64,000 nt of DNA from the NCBI GenBank assembly GCA_964057225.1, contig OZ059898.1:9362001-9426000 (forward strand), read 5' to 3'. The position numbers were made by a program, and so were the translations under genes. The number at the start of each line of letters is the position of its first letter. The stretch's first letter is position 1. Source of the DNA: Auanema rhodensis (taxonomy: Eukaryota > Animalia > Nematoda). This document shows positions 14,322 to 28,193 of this stretch, piece after piece. Under the pieces are notes generated by a model. The model worked only from the letters and a program-made list of their open reading frames with translations, did not search any database and was not told the DNA's origin.

Positions 14322-17300
14322 TCAAGGGTTTTGTGTCATTAGCCTTACGAAGCAATTCTGGCAAACTCGTACAGGCCTAGAGATCTTCATGTGAGTGATA
14401 TGAGACTCAAATCTACTACATCTAGAAAAATTATATTGACATAGTGATGTTCAGAATTACTAACTTTGAACAGAAAATTTGACCGCAGTTCCTACAATGA
14501 TGCTTTCTTTCCGCAATAGTAAACTTTTGTTGACATTGAGTGCATTTCTGCCTAGTTACATCCTGTTAAAATATATGAGTAAAACATGAATAAATAAGCC
14601 AATACCTGAACCCAGTGATCTAGCCGTCCTCCATCATCCCCAATTTGCCAACACCACACACGCCCGATACCATCACCAATATACAGTGACCGATGGTCTC
14701 TTAAAAGAATATCATTTGTACTTTTATTATTATATTATATTTATAGTATTTTCTCAAAACGTTAAAACATACTTGCTTGGTAGTATTGCTGTAATGGGAG
14801 CAGGATGGCTATTATCTGGCCTGTTAAACGCAGTGTGCATAGTTAGAGCTGTTCTGTGAATTAGGACCCGAACAAATGCTGGATGAACTTTAGTATTATG
14901 TAACGCTGTAATATGCTGACATGATAATCATTTAGATCATAAATTAACCTATAGAAGATGTACAGGGAGGTTCAGGCGATTGTGATAATGAACCAGCGGC
15001 AGATGTTACCAGATCTTGACTAACCGCCATTCGCAGCCTTTTCCGTTGCTTTTCTAAGCGTTGGTGAAGCAGAGCAGTAGCAGAAATAGAATAGTTTCTA
15101 AAAATAGAGCCATTATACGATATTTATATTTAAGTAAAGAAAATACTCTATTATTGAAGGACTTTCAGATTGCTCCACAGATCCATCATTTTTTATCAAG
15201 ACACAAGAATATATTTTAACTACTCCATCACTTGTACCGCATAAAATAACATTGTCAGAATCCCATTCATTTATCTTAAAGTAAAGTAATCTGAAAGAGA
15301 ATTGAAGCCAACAATACCGAGCTGAAAGCCAAAGACAAAATCATCTGACCAGCGTCACCAGGATTATTTGTATCGCATGTATTTATATCTGCTAACTTAT
15401 CTCCATTTATCGTCCAGATATACAAATGAGACGAGCAAGCCGTAGCAATATCCCCCTGAAGACAACAATCAGATTTTCAAATTTAAAAAAACTTACAGTC
15501 GTTTCATTAACAGTTACTGCAGACACAGGCGCAGGATGAAGAGGTAATTGCCTTATCAACGAGAGTTCGGATTGATGCCATACTATTACAGATTTATCTC
15601 GACTAGCAGAGACAACAATAGCATGAGATGAACAAACAACCTAAAATTCAATTACGTTCTGGATTAAACATGGAGAAAATATATTACCATAGCTGTAACT
15701 GCATCAGAATGACCATCTAAAACTTTTCTAAGCTTTAAACACTGGGGTTTTTTCAAAAGTGCCCACACGCTGAAAAACATACAAAAGTAAAATATTTTAA
15801 ATAATTTCTGAATGACTTGATGCAACCAGTTGTGCTTCCAGAAAATATAGTTCTTTCATCTCCAACAGCCACACATGTTAACTCATCAGAATCACCCATT
15901 TCATAGATGCAAGTTGACTTAAAACAATTAATTTATAATTTATAAGTTAGCAATTGATTACTCTATCTGAATCAATATTTCCTATTCGTAAAGATCGATC
16001 CGGTAATCCCCAAATTATGTAACGATTCGGACCAATAGGAACCTTATTTTGTTCTAATACAACCAGTCCCGCTTTTTCATTATGTTGGATAGTCCCCACA
16101 GAACCACGGATTTCTAAAACACAATTGTATTAGGGTTAAATTATACACTGAAACCTTTTGACGGGGACTGAGGCGCTTTGAGACTATGTAGAGAGTGATA
16201 GAAATAACGATTTGTGGTAACACCTGGAGTATTACTGTAACCATCCACCGGGTTGACGCGCTTTCGCGGGTGGGGTTTTTTGAAGAGTTGAGTTGGTATT
16301 TGACCAAAATTATTAACAAAACCTGAAAAACGTAAATAAATAAAAACCTAATATGGCATACCAATGGTAGCATTTCGTGTTAATGGATCATCTATTGACT
16401 CAAAATCAACACTGCCTTCATAAAAAAGATGATGAAACAAATTATTTGCCTAAAATTATACAATGCAATCAGATTCATTTGTAAAAACTATGTATACTTT
16501 AATAGCTTCTTCTCCAACTTGTTTATATCCAAAAACCAAATCGATCCATTCGTTTAGATGAGTTGACACGAAATCGCACTCTAACGCTTGCCGATGCAAA
16601 CGGACAAACTCCTTTGGGTCTCCATGAGCCCACGGAGGAAGGACAACGTCGTCTAAGACTACACCATTTTGCTTCGTTCCAAGATCGAAGTTATTCTTAT
16701 TCTATAACAATTACTGAATTAAAACAAATACAAGAGCAAAGAAAAACCTGGAACAATTCAGGTAAGGTGAAAAACTCAGGTATTAATTCTTTGACGTCAG
16801 CCATATTATTTCTACTAGCACTAACATATGCGTCCCCCACGCTATGAAACATTCTATCAGCCAAATCAAAATGACCTCCCTGATTATAAAATATTATAAG
16901 GCTTAATTTAGAAAATTCAACCTGCAAATTCAAAAACTGTTGAGTGAACGGTTCTAGTCGAACAAGATACGAAACCACAATCATAGCAGAAGAATAATGG
17001 GTCCCGTACATATAAGGAGGCGTTTCTCCCGAAGGATCATCCCATTCTCTGTATCGCTTGAGAAACTGTTCAAGTCGTTGAGTACTTTGAGCACCCATTG
17101 GTTTGGAAAGATCTCGAAATGTTTGAGGATTCGTTAAATCAAGGGTCTGTGATGTATAATCTGCCAAAACCCAAGGAAACACAGGATATTGCGATAAATC
17201 ATTATAAGATCTTAAAAAAATTGCATTACTATGAATTAACGTTTATCAAACCTTCCAGCTAAAGTATTTAAGTGCATCAAGTATTGAAAATTGGTAATTT

Positions 17301-20300
17301 GTCCATTCAGCCATCTTTGAGTGACCGATTGTTGACCTACATAAGAAGTAAAATCTGAGACGATTTTTATTAATACCTAATAAAATAGAATTCAGTAAGC
17401 TTGCTCTTCCACTTTGCTCAACAGCTAGAGAAGCTTTTTGTCCTCCCACAGACTCGGAAGCAGTTGTAGTTTTGCTTTTTGCCATGGAGAGAAGTCTACA
17501 CACAAAAATACACCAAAAAAGCTCAATACTTACTTCTCATAAACACGATCTCTCATTTTCTTTGGAAATGCCAATAAATAGTTTCTGCCATCAGAACTAA
17601 ACAATTCAACAGCAATAGGTTGTAGAAGATATCTAAAGAGTATATCTTATCAAAGTAACTGAGATTCAGGAGTGCACCTTCTTTTATGAACTTCGCGAAT
17701 ATCTTCGTAACTAAATTTGCTACATAATCGCGAAGCTTTTGGTGGTCGAGTAGATCCAGTAGCCGTATACGGTACAATTGGATCATGGAGTCTAAAATTA
17801 CTGTATAAGATGAAATGCAGAGACAAATAATGCAAACTCTGCACTAAGAAAGTCCAGGTCTCGAATTTCTCTTGTCTTTAAAAGTGTGAATCCATCAACA
17901 ACGTAAAAATTTTCTTTCCCGAACAGAAGTAATCCTTCAGAAGTATCTAAGCCCTAAACTTCCAAAGTATTTAAACATTGAAAAAGAATACGAACTTGAA
18001 TTCGGGCACATCTAAACATACTGTAAAGCTGTTCTCCTTGTTCTAATAATCTTAACAACGTTTGATTGTCTGGACCTCGTTTCTTTTGTTTCTCTTCATC
18101 TCTTTTTTCTTCTTTATCGTAGTCTTTATTAATAGCAATACTTTGAGAATCATACGTGGAACAATCTTCAGTGTTATCGTCATCCGGTGAAGGTTCCTGT
18201 GAAAATTAATACTATGGTAAAAACTTTTATATTGTTAAAAACCTTTTCCGCAGAATTATCTTCTTCAATATCTTCCAAGTCTCTGCGATCGACACATCGG
18301 TTTTTTTTTTCATCAGTGGAAGTAGGAAAATTCAACGACATTCTTTGAATTAACGAAGAGTTCAACTCTGTAAAATTAATACATTGTAAGAACATAGCAC
18401 AACGGTCTAACGAGCTAAATCACAGAAGCTTAGGGCAGCTTTTTCTTCAGATGGGGTAGTTACTGCAACGGCCTGATCAATTATCCGAGAATCCATTGTT
18501 CTTGATCTTCTTGCTAAGCATGCTTCATAGTATTTTTTACTGTCTTTAGATATAGCAACTTTTGCTCGCATTGCTTTCTGGAAAAAAATAAGTATATATA
18601 TATATACATATATTTTGATATTGAAAGTACCGCAGATGGATTTTCAAGCAAAGGTCGGTACGGATATATGTGATAGAAAAATCGGTTTGGAATTAATTTA
18701 CGGCGAATCCTTGAAGTCCCTTCCGTTGTATCTAATTTATATTTCTCGAAGGATGAAGCCTGATTAAAAAGTATTATTGTACGCAAAAACTATATACAAA
18801 ACCTGCGATGGACCCCAAATGCCTCTCTCACGTGTAAGTTCAACTTCAAGTTGATGCCATTCTTGTAAAGACCATTTTCTTACATGTGCATGCCATTCAT
18901 GATATCTAGAAGCCTGTGTATGAAGCAGTTCGTTAATCAATGTGATATGAACTTTTAACCACATATGAACTATCTGTGAAATTAAAACTAAAATTGAGAA
19001 TTGATTGTCTAAATTGTTTACATTTTTTTCTATGCTAATATTTTTCCAAGGAGATCCAGTATTTATAGAATTGGTAGCAGAAAGAGATCTCTTGCCTGCG
19101 AATCGCGTTAAACCTGTAGCCATTTTTGATATTTTCTTCAAATAAAAAATTAGTATATTTTCAGTTTCCTTTCAAATTTACAAATGTTATCTGTTGCTGT
19201 AAATCTTTGGCAATTATTGGATTTGTTGAATTCAATTGGCAATCAACAAACTGCTGCCAAGAAGTTCCAGCAGAATGAGCTAGTAAAGCACGAGCGGCAT
19301 TCAATTCGCTTAATAACAATATGTACAATGGAATACTTTTTCAATTTTATGAATTTTAATACCTGACTGTAGCTTTCTTAAAAGCTTCTTCTATAAGAAC
19401 TTTCTTAGCGCAGACAACATCTGTCCAAACTCGTGAAGCACACATTGCAACCTAGATTAAAATTTATTATAAACATATGTTTAAAGTAGATTGGTTAACC
19501 TGAGCGCTGGCCTTATCCAATGGAGATGAAGATTCAGACATTATATCTGGCGTTACGGATAACATAAATATCAAATGAGTTAAACTTGTAAAGAACCATG
19601 CTTCGTTAGAACTTAAGAAAACATGCTTCGACGATACTAATAAGGACAAAGTATCAAGAACAGACATTTGCACTATAATTAAGCTGAAATTAAAACTTAA
19701 AAATACTAGGGTACCTGCGACACTATCAATTGGTCGACTAAGAATATACAAAGTGCATCTCATGATAGAAGTAGTTAGATTTTCCAAGTTGAACGACTAA
19801 AATTCTTATAGTTTAAACAAAACTTAAAGTAGCGTTCTTGCCTTGTTTTCATTTCTATTCCCAATTACATACAGAGAGAGAAGCTGATTCAAAAGGCATT
19901 TTGAATCTTCTAATAAATTACCATTCCAAAGAGTATCCACAACACGAGAAACAAAATGCGATATATTTGCCGATACCTATTTAATTAACTAAATGAAAAA
20001 CAAACGAGCAGTTGAACCTGGGGTAGGGTTTGTAATATAACATTTTGAGGAAATGCTGAGGATACCAACAAATCCGTTCCAATCAAGTGATCCAGACACT
20101 GAATTGAAAAAAAGAAGTTATAATATGTGAAAAAAAGTACATCATGTATTAAAGAAGTATACAGCAAAATTTGGCATTTCCGAGTATATCCCTTTTCGGC
20201 GAAAGACTGTAAAAAGTAATCGATTATGAATAATTGCATATAGGTAACTTCAATCATAATATCTATCAACGTTAACTCTCGCCCAAAGAAAGATACATGG

Positions 20301-23300
20301 ATATCATCAGAGAAAATCCGTTTCAACAGATCCAGCGCAGCTCGTACAACAACATTAGAACTTACTATAAACAAATAATGCTTGTTTTTATAATAATTAG
20401 GGTACAAACAAAATGTTCTAAAATCTTCTATAGGCTCAACTTCTTCGTTGGTTTCTGGCTCACAGTACACTCCCAAAGCATTAGTATTTGGAATCAAAGA
20501 AGAAAACAATGCCAAAAAAAACTCTTCAGAATGGGAAGCCATGAAAAATTTAGGCGAGTTCTGATACAAAAATGCTAACATTTGCACAACAGAGTGAGCA
20601 TAATCTTGAGCTCTTTCAGTCAAATCTCTACACTGAAAATTAACATTAATAATGCTCAGAATGGGATATACCTTACATTTTTTTCAAAAAGAGATGCACG
20701 AATCATTGAAAGTAACGGCATCAGACTCTCAAAACAAAAATCTGATAAATGAATCGCTTCATAAACAGAGCTAAACAAATTCCATGTATATATTGAAGTG
20801 ATATCAATAAATATTATACCTTTGAGGGGTTAATCCGTATACGTGAGTCCATATGTGATCAATATCAAAAATATCACTGAACCGCAAATCTTTTACAGGC
20901 TAAAAAAATGAAAACAACTCAGCAAGAAGACAAAAAAATGTTTTACTTGTCCAACCAATAGTGATAGCATTGCTAAATATGCATGAGGCTTAGCATAATG
21001 AGTAGCCATTACATGTTCTAAAGCTGCGAAGCCTGGACAATTCTTAAGATCAGGATTCATATCAATTTTGCCTCCGACTGATCCTCCATGAGCAGATACA
21101 GAAAAGCCTAGAACTACCTTAAAAGAGAATTGTTAGATGTAGAATATTATTGGTTACTGCGGCTCGGTTCCGAACGATTGCCTCAGCATCAGCAAGCCAC
21201 GCTCCGTTACATGTGCCTTCTTTAAACAAAGTGAGTAAGTGAGTGTGATAAAGAACTCCCAATAAAATTCGTAAAGCAAGATATACAGTTCCAGAATGAA
21301 CACCTGGTGAAAGTAACGCAAAGATCCAATCAAATCCCAACACTTTCACAATTTGATCGGACAAACTAAAATAGTAATGTAATATTCAAAATACAGTCAG
21401 AGTAATTCACTGCTGGTTCAATTGTGGACTAGAATGTGACAAAAAATTAGCAAGCATATTGAGCATACGATTTCTGACATAAGTCATAACAATCACATTA
21501 TATTCACTTTGACTAGGAGATGATTTCATAAGCGCGGATTGTAGTTCTGCTATGTGAAAAGGTAATGCAATTTCTACTTTAATATCTTCGGGTCTGAAAA
21601 AATTATCACTATAAGTAAAATAAGAGTTGATTACCCCGAGGACAAAGAAGCAACAATTGCCTGGCCAACTTTGAGTAAGCTTCTATTATCACAAGGTGGT
21701 TGTAAAATAGCCGATAACAAATTGAATATAATCTTAAAAAATTAATGGAATATTTGAGGAAAATCATAAAGCATACGTCATTAGTGTTAATGGATGACTT
21801 TGATTGCTCAAAAAGTAAGAACAGCAATCGGGACAATAGGGGAGATCTGCGTAATGTAGATAAATTCTCTCTTTGATGACTAAAATTGTTAAATTAAATT
21901 CAAAGTTTGAGTGCAAACAAACTCAGTTATTAATTCATAAAAGTGTTCAAAAATCATACGATTAACGTCATCAGGTGCGCTAATCCAAACGTCCAAATCG
22001 CAAAGCAGATCTTCAAAAGCCTAAAATAAAAGGGTGAAATCGGTTTTGTTATAAATTATAAATACTTGTGCGTTAGGAATTGATGCAGTTTCTTTAGATG
22101 TATCTAATGTACCCGCTAAGCTGAATATCATATGCATAATATGAGAATTCAATAAATGTGCTTTATCTTCTAGTAAAACGGCCAGCATCTAGAAATATGT
22201 GGGTAATTATTGAACAATGAAAAGTTTATGCCTGGTATGCTCGATGAGATTGTAAGGTTGCTTTTAAATTGCTATTTGATCGAACAGCAGACAACAGAGC
22301 CTTCAAAGACGCATATAACCCATCCGAATCAGTTGCCATTGCAATTAGACCATACAAGCATGCAAAACCGCCCATTGAATCAAGTAGTCGTGGTACAGGG
22401 CAGGGTGCAAATGAACGCATCCCCAGATAACTATATTACAATATATTAATTCTTTAATAATTCTTCTTCCAACCCCACAACAACTGCTCCAAAAGACCGA
22501 GCAGGTCCGGGAGAATGAGTTACAGTATTTAAATGTATTCGTAACGACGTCGTATTATCTTGTGGCGATAATCCCAAATGAGAAGCTAGCATTTCTGCAT
22601 CTATTTTACTATATACTGCTCGAATTTTAGCAAGTGTTAATTCGCAAGTAGAGAGGCCATTGAGTGATAATATAATCTAAACATTACATATTACTGCTTT
22701 TAAAATTATATTATAACTTTTTCTTCAGGAAACAGTGAGGATTGCCCAATACCAACAGTTTGAAAGTTTCCAACATAGTGAGGCTCTTGTTTGTATATGC
22801 TAAATACGGTATCGGCTGAGAGAGCATCTTCAAAAATAAACGATGAAGCTATTCGATATCTGTTAAAGATGAACTATTTATATTGAACTTGAGCAAAGTA
22901 AACCTTAATCTACTAGGTCTTCTCATTACAGGTAGAGTGCCCATAAAAGCATTAACTGCCAGAGTTTGAGCTAATTGAGTAGCTCCGCCGCCTGCAGTTT
23001 GAACAATGTATTGCAGCTTTTGAGAAGAACACAAACGGCCATTTATATAAACCATAACCTATGTTTTAATTTCTACAAATTGAACAAAAAGGGATATGTA
23101 CTCACCATGCTATTTTTAAGAACAGAACGACTTAATACCACGCTTACATGAAACCATTCCATTGGTCTAATCACATCTGCAAGAGCAACCCTAACGATCT
23201 AAAAAATAAATCCTAAATTCCCCATTAAAAGATCGAATAACCTTATCAGATTGAAAAGCAGATGCTTTCTCAAGATCAAAACCGGCACTTTCAATCTCTT

Positions 23301-26300
23301 CAGTTGATATTAACAAACTTCTATCTATGGGACTTATTTGTATGGACAAACAAGATAAATTCATAGGCCCCTAAGAAAATATATTACTGTTCATTATAAA
23401 AACCAATGACACCTGTTTTCTTCTTTCATCTTGCCAAGCTACAGTCCTACTAATCGTTAACAGTCTAAGTGGATGAGCATCCACTCTTTTATCCGAAAAG
23501 TTTTCTATATAAAGCCATCTATAACAATATATACACATTAAGAAGATATGTCAGATTTGTACGTTGAAAATGAAAGGCCATTCAAAGGCGGAAAAATACG
23601 TTCAGAACGTAGAGTTGAATACAGTGGTGCCAGAGAAGGCACAAAAAGACATCCAAAACCTTCAACAGACATGTCATATTCAATAAAAGAAGGAGCATGA
23701 TTAAGACGCTGATCTCTAGGTGTCATCATCGATACCAAAGCCCGAACTCTTAAACATGGTAAAAATGCCTGAAAAAATAAATGCAACAAGTACCTTTGTA
23801 ACGGAACAGGACCTCCTTCATTATCACGAGATGGCTCGTCTCCAGGTGAAGCATCTAAAGATCGGCAACAAAGTGGTAAATCCAAACGAAGAAATTGCCT
23901 AAAAAAGAAAATATCCGATTAATAAATAAATATTCACAAATACCTCAATTGGTTTGGTTGCATAGCTTGATATGAGAGTCGTTCGAGAAGATAATAGAAA
24001 GGTTGGAGCAAAAGATGTTCATTAGATAAAAACAACTTTTGCGATATGGCCAACAAGTATTTGGGCATATCGACCTGGCACATCATCTGCTGATTTCGTT
24101 CTGGCTTCAGTAATGCTTTCAATAACAAAGAACAATATAATTGGGCTGCAACAGTCCATCTAGGATTGTTGGAATGTATGGAAGGAAGCAAAGTTAGAAT
24201 GGAAAGAACGGCGCCTGGATGGACCTATAATTCAGTACGGATGAAACCAAATATACAATTTGAAAAATTCATGAAATTAAACTTGAGAGTATTTATTTAA
24301 TGAGGACAAAGCTTACTAAAACTGATGAAGACCAAGAAACTATATCGCCTTCAAATGAGTTGTCAGCGGACCAAAGAACATCAGAAGACATTCTAAAATA
24401 TAAAATCTGTAAAGATGCTCCGAAAAATTGTTACTTCTCATAGTTATCCATAGCCATATTGAAAAGGAATCTGATCATACTACATGAATTGAAAATGGAT
24501 AACGGCATTCCATCGGGAACAATGCTTAAATCTCCTAATAGAGTAAACATTTTAAAAATTCTTACTCTTTTTGATTAAGATCTTGCATTTTGAAAACAAT
24601 GTGACAACTTGAGAGTTCATTTTTTAATTCTGTTGCTTGTTTCTTCCATTCGGGAAGAGTTACATCTATTTCTTGAGACTGTGTGAAGCAACCTGTTAAT
24701 CTCAAAACGGTAGTAATACTATCCCATCCAACCTTAAATGAAATAAAGCAAACAGCTAGAAAGTATAATAATACTTCAGTGAAAAAGTATTTTGCGCTTG
24801 AAGGTTCAAAACGCATACTTATAGAAAGAACTTTGAAGATGAGATGAACAAAATCAATGAGTCCCATATTTTCATGAGTACCTGAATGTAACATGTAACC
24901 AAAAGCAAATGTCAAAAAAAAATGACGGAAAAGTAAAAGCTACCGCAATAAGCTTTTGTTGAACTAAACGCATCTTCAAGGGCCAATAGAAGAGATATAA
25001 AAGATAAATATCCGCCAGATTTCCGGAAGTAAACTCTAATTTTATGAGATTCCCGTAAAACACCAAGTATGCACTAAAAACTGAAAATTCAACCTTGAAA
25101 AATATATCATATTACTTTAAGCAGATTTGAATCCAGCTCCAATTGTTCTTGTGGCTTCGCTTGATTGAGTGTCTGAACAAAAATACGTATAAATATTGAC
25201 ACCGTTCCAAAACCTGTATAATTTGAGATAGATACTGATCAGAGGTAGAACATAATAATAACTGCTTTAACAAAAGAAGGCAGCTATTACGCCATTCTTC
25301 CGAAGTGTATGATACAATAACTAAGAGCTGCTTAGCACCAACATACTCAGAAAACATTTCTAAACTTAAAGGTATGCAGGAAAATGATAAGCTAATAAAA
25401 TTTACTGGAATTTTCTGAATTAGCTTTCACCATCACTGTTAATAAGTCCGTAAGAAGCAATACAAGCTTCAGATCACGACCATGTAACTCATTTTCTATA
25501 ATATAACGCTTACAAACTAGAGAAACGTTGCAAACCTTTCGATCTCTCAAATAATATCTTAAAAGCAAAACAAGTTGTTTCTAATAATCCAACCTCGCGA
25601 AATGCATCCTTAAACAAAATTTTTAAAAATCATTTTCAAAAGTTTTACCTTCATAATGTCATCAACAGTTAATAAACGAAATGCGCTTTGTATGATACAC
25701 GTGCACAGAGAGAGATTTCCTTCAAAATACTTTATGAAATAAATTTGATAAAACGAAAAATACCAGTAAGGATTTGTGTTTTAATTTGGATACATAAGCT
25801 AATGAGCTCTTTACAAGGTATATGATTGAGTTGGAATATTGCATGTTCAACCAAGTCTAAGACTTTAAGCTAAAAACAAGGAACATTTAAAATATTTTGA
25901 AAAAAAGTGGAAACAACCTGCACTTTGTTACATTTTGTGTGAAGTTGGTCTATAAATAATGATAAAGGATATTCTTTATCTAATATAAAGAAATTGGCTG
26001 GATCGCAAGTATAAACTGAATGAATAGCATCCAACACTGTACAACATATGTTGGAATCGGAACACTATCAATCAATTATCTTAAATTCAATAATCGAATT
26101 TTTCTCTCACCTCGACGTAAACTTCATATAATACTTGGAAAGCATATAAGTTTCTAACGCTAAGGCCTGCTCCGATAGGAGTTGGTAAGGAAAATGTTGA
26201 CAACTGGACTAGACCCGAGTTATACTAAATAACGAAATATAATTAATATAAGATAATAATAAATGGGAACGTGAATTTAATTGTTAAACATACAGCAGGA

Positions 26301-27552
26301 AGAATTTCCTGTGTTCCAACACTTATTAAAGAGGTAAGGATCAGTAGAAAGTTACGTACTGGCTCAAATTCATTCGAAGGACTGAAATTATAGAAAAAAG
26401 TGTTTCTCTTATAATTTTTTAAGATAGCTTACTTCACCAAATATGATTTTATGAGATTGTATCCATTGGCTAACCGAAAATCCTCCAGTAGGTCGTCTGA
26501 ACTTTGTGACGAATCCTAAAATGTTATATTTTGAAATATATGATTTTCATATATCTTACTTTCAGAATACATAAAAGACAAACTATCATATCTACAGATT
26601 CTTGTGTGGAAAGTTTTGCATTTGAACAGTTTGCCAAATATGATTTCAAACATTTTTTATTATGAATATAGGAGATCACTTGTGGTGATAAAGCCTTAAT
26701 ATAAACAATTTAAAAATATATCACTACTGTACAACACCTTGTTACTGAGAAACTCTAGAGATCTTCCGATTGTACGTCTCCAAAGTATGTTGTGCGAGGA
26801 AACGACTGAAGAGCCGCCAATAAATAGCAAAACCAGATCATCCTTTCTAGCTAAATCTTCCGAGACATGGCTATATGTAGTTTATAAGGACATTTAATTG
26901 ACAAAAAGACTACCTATGAACGCAAAGCTTAGAAAGTACAGAAAACAGTAAATCATTTAAATCATTCAACTCGGATTTAACTTCTGGTTCCTCAGGCAAA
27001 TCCAAAAATAAATAAAGAGCTTTAACTAAAGTGCTGGGAAACGAGGCTTGAACCATAGCAGGAATTATTTTCGAATCATTTCTTAAATTAATTTTTAAAA
27101 TTCGAAATAGTAAACTGATATACATTTGTAATAGATATTCCATCGATTTTAACATTGACCATCCTTTTTCGTTTGCAGTTGGTTTCAAAAACGTAGCTAT
27201 AGCTGAAGCTGCTTCTACTGTTCCTTCACTTGTAGCTCTAGAAGGACAATAACGCACGATTCGGCAAGGAGAAATTACCTTTGTCTTATTTCACGAACAA
27301 AAAAAGAAGATAAATAGAATGCAAAATTTGAAACATCTTGGAACTCGCCTACCAATTCTAAAGGGTTATACATTTCCATAACCTACAACATTATATAAAA
27401 TTTATTTTTTTGGGTTTCATTTTTTAATTAACCTTGCTGAATAAGGGTAGCAAACGGCTTGGATCAAGATCATTGTGCGAGTTAGAGTGTAATTTTGTCA
27501 ACTCAGAGAAAGTTTTTCTCAAATGCAGCAGCGTTAAAGCCTTTTCTGTCAT
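14322..27552 (-). CDS. wdfy-3: WDFY3/ALFY-like BEACH-WD40-FYVE protein (many exons)
   Basis: N-terminus [17 protein letters not shown]; BEACH motifs [39 protein letters not shown]; WD40 repeats; C-terminal FYVE ([11 protein letters not shown]...PVRVCQNC). Confidence 0.92.
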
Positions 27553-28193
27553 AATATTCTAGAATATAAACATTGTTTAGTTAAAACATCATAATCACCT
27601 TTCGATCTTATAAACTGGCCATCGTTTATCATATTACAATGATTTCATTGATAAAAGTCTATGAATCAATAGAAGTAAAGATAAGTCAATTTTCCATTGA
27701 ACAATAAAGCGTGTAGCCGCGTTGCAGGGGCCTGGTCGATAGGGCACACTTGCGGAGGAAAAGTCTCTCCTTCTTTATTTGGAGACGAAATGTGCAATAC
27801 CAGACAATATGATTAGGAATTTGAAATTCTTATCGGAATGCTAAATTGATCCAACAGCTGAATTTTCTTGATAATTAAATAATTCCGTTTCCGATCTTGA
27901 AAGATAAGAGAGCAGGGAGTATTCTTTGTTTTGATTCCCACTTAAAAACTGTTCTGTGAAACTGATGGTTTTCCTATACCAATAATGTTATCACCTAAAA
28001 TAATCCCGAAGCGCAGAACTGGAATTCATTTTTCAGTTGTCACATTTAGCCAAACATCCTACGTGACAGGTGCCTATTTAACGAAGTTTCACCACGTTGT
28101 CTTTCATTCTTTCTATTCGGGTTTTGATTTTGTTACACTTTCAACAATATTGCAGTTTAAGCGCTTACTATTTCTTGTAGTTGCATTTCAACT

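Noticed and set aside
27608-27622. Minus-strand uORF (MASL*) in the probable wdfy-3 5' UTR exon
   Set aside because: A four-codon uORF is expected by chance and may be removed by trans-splicing.
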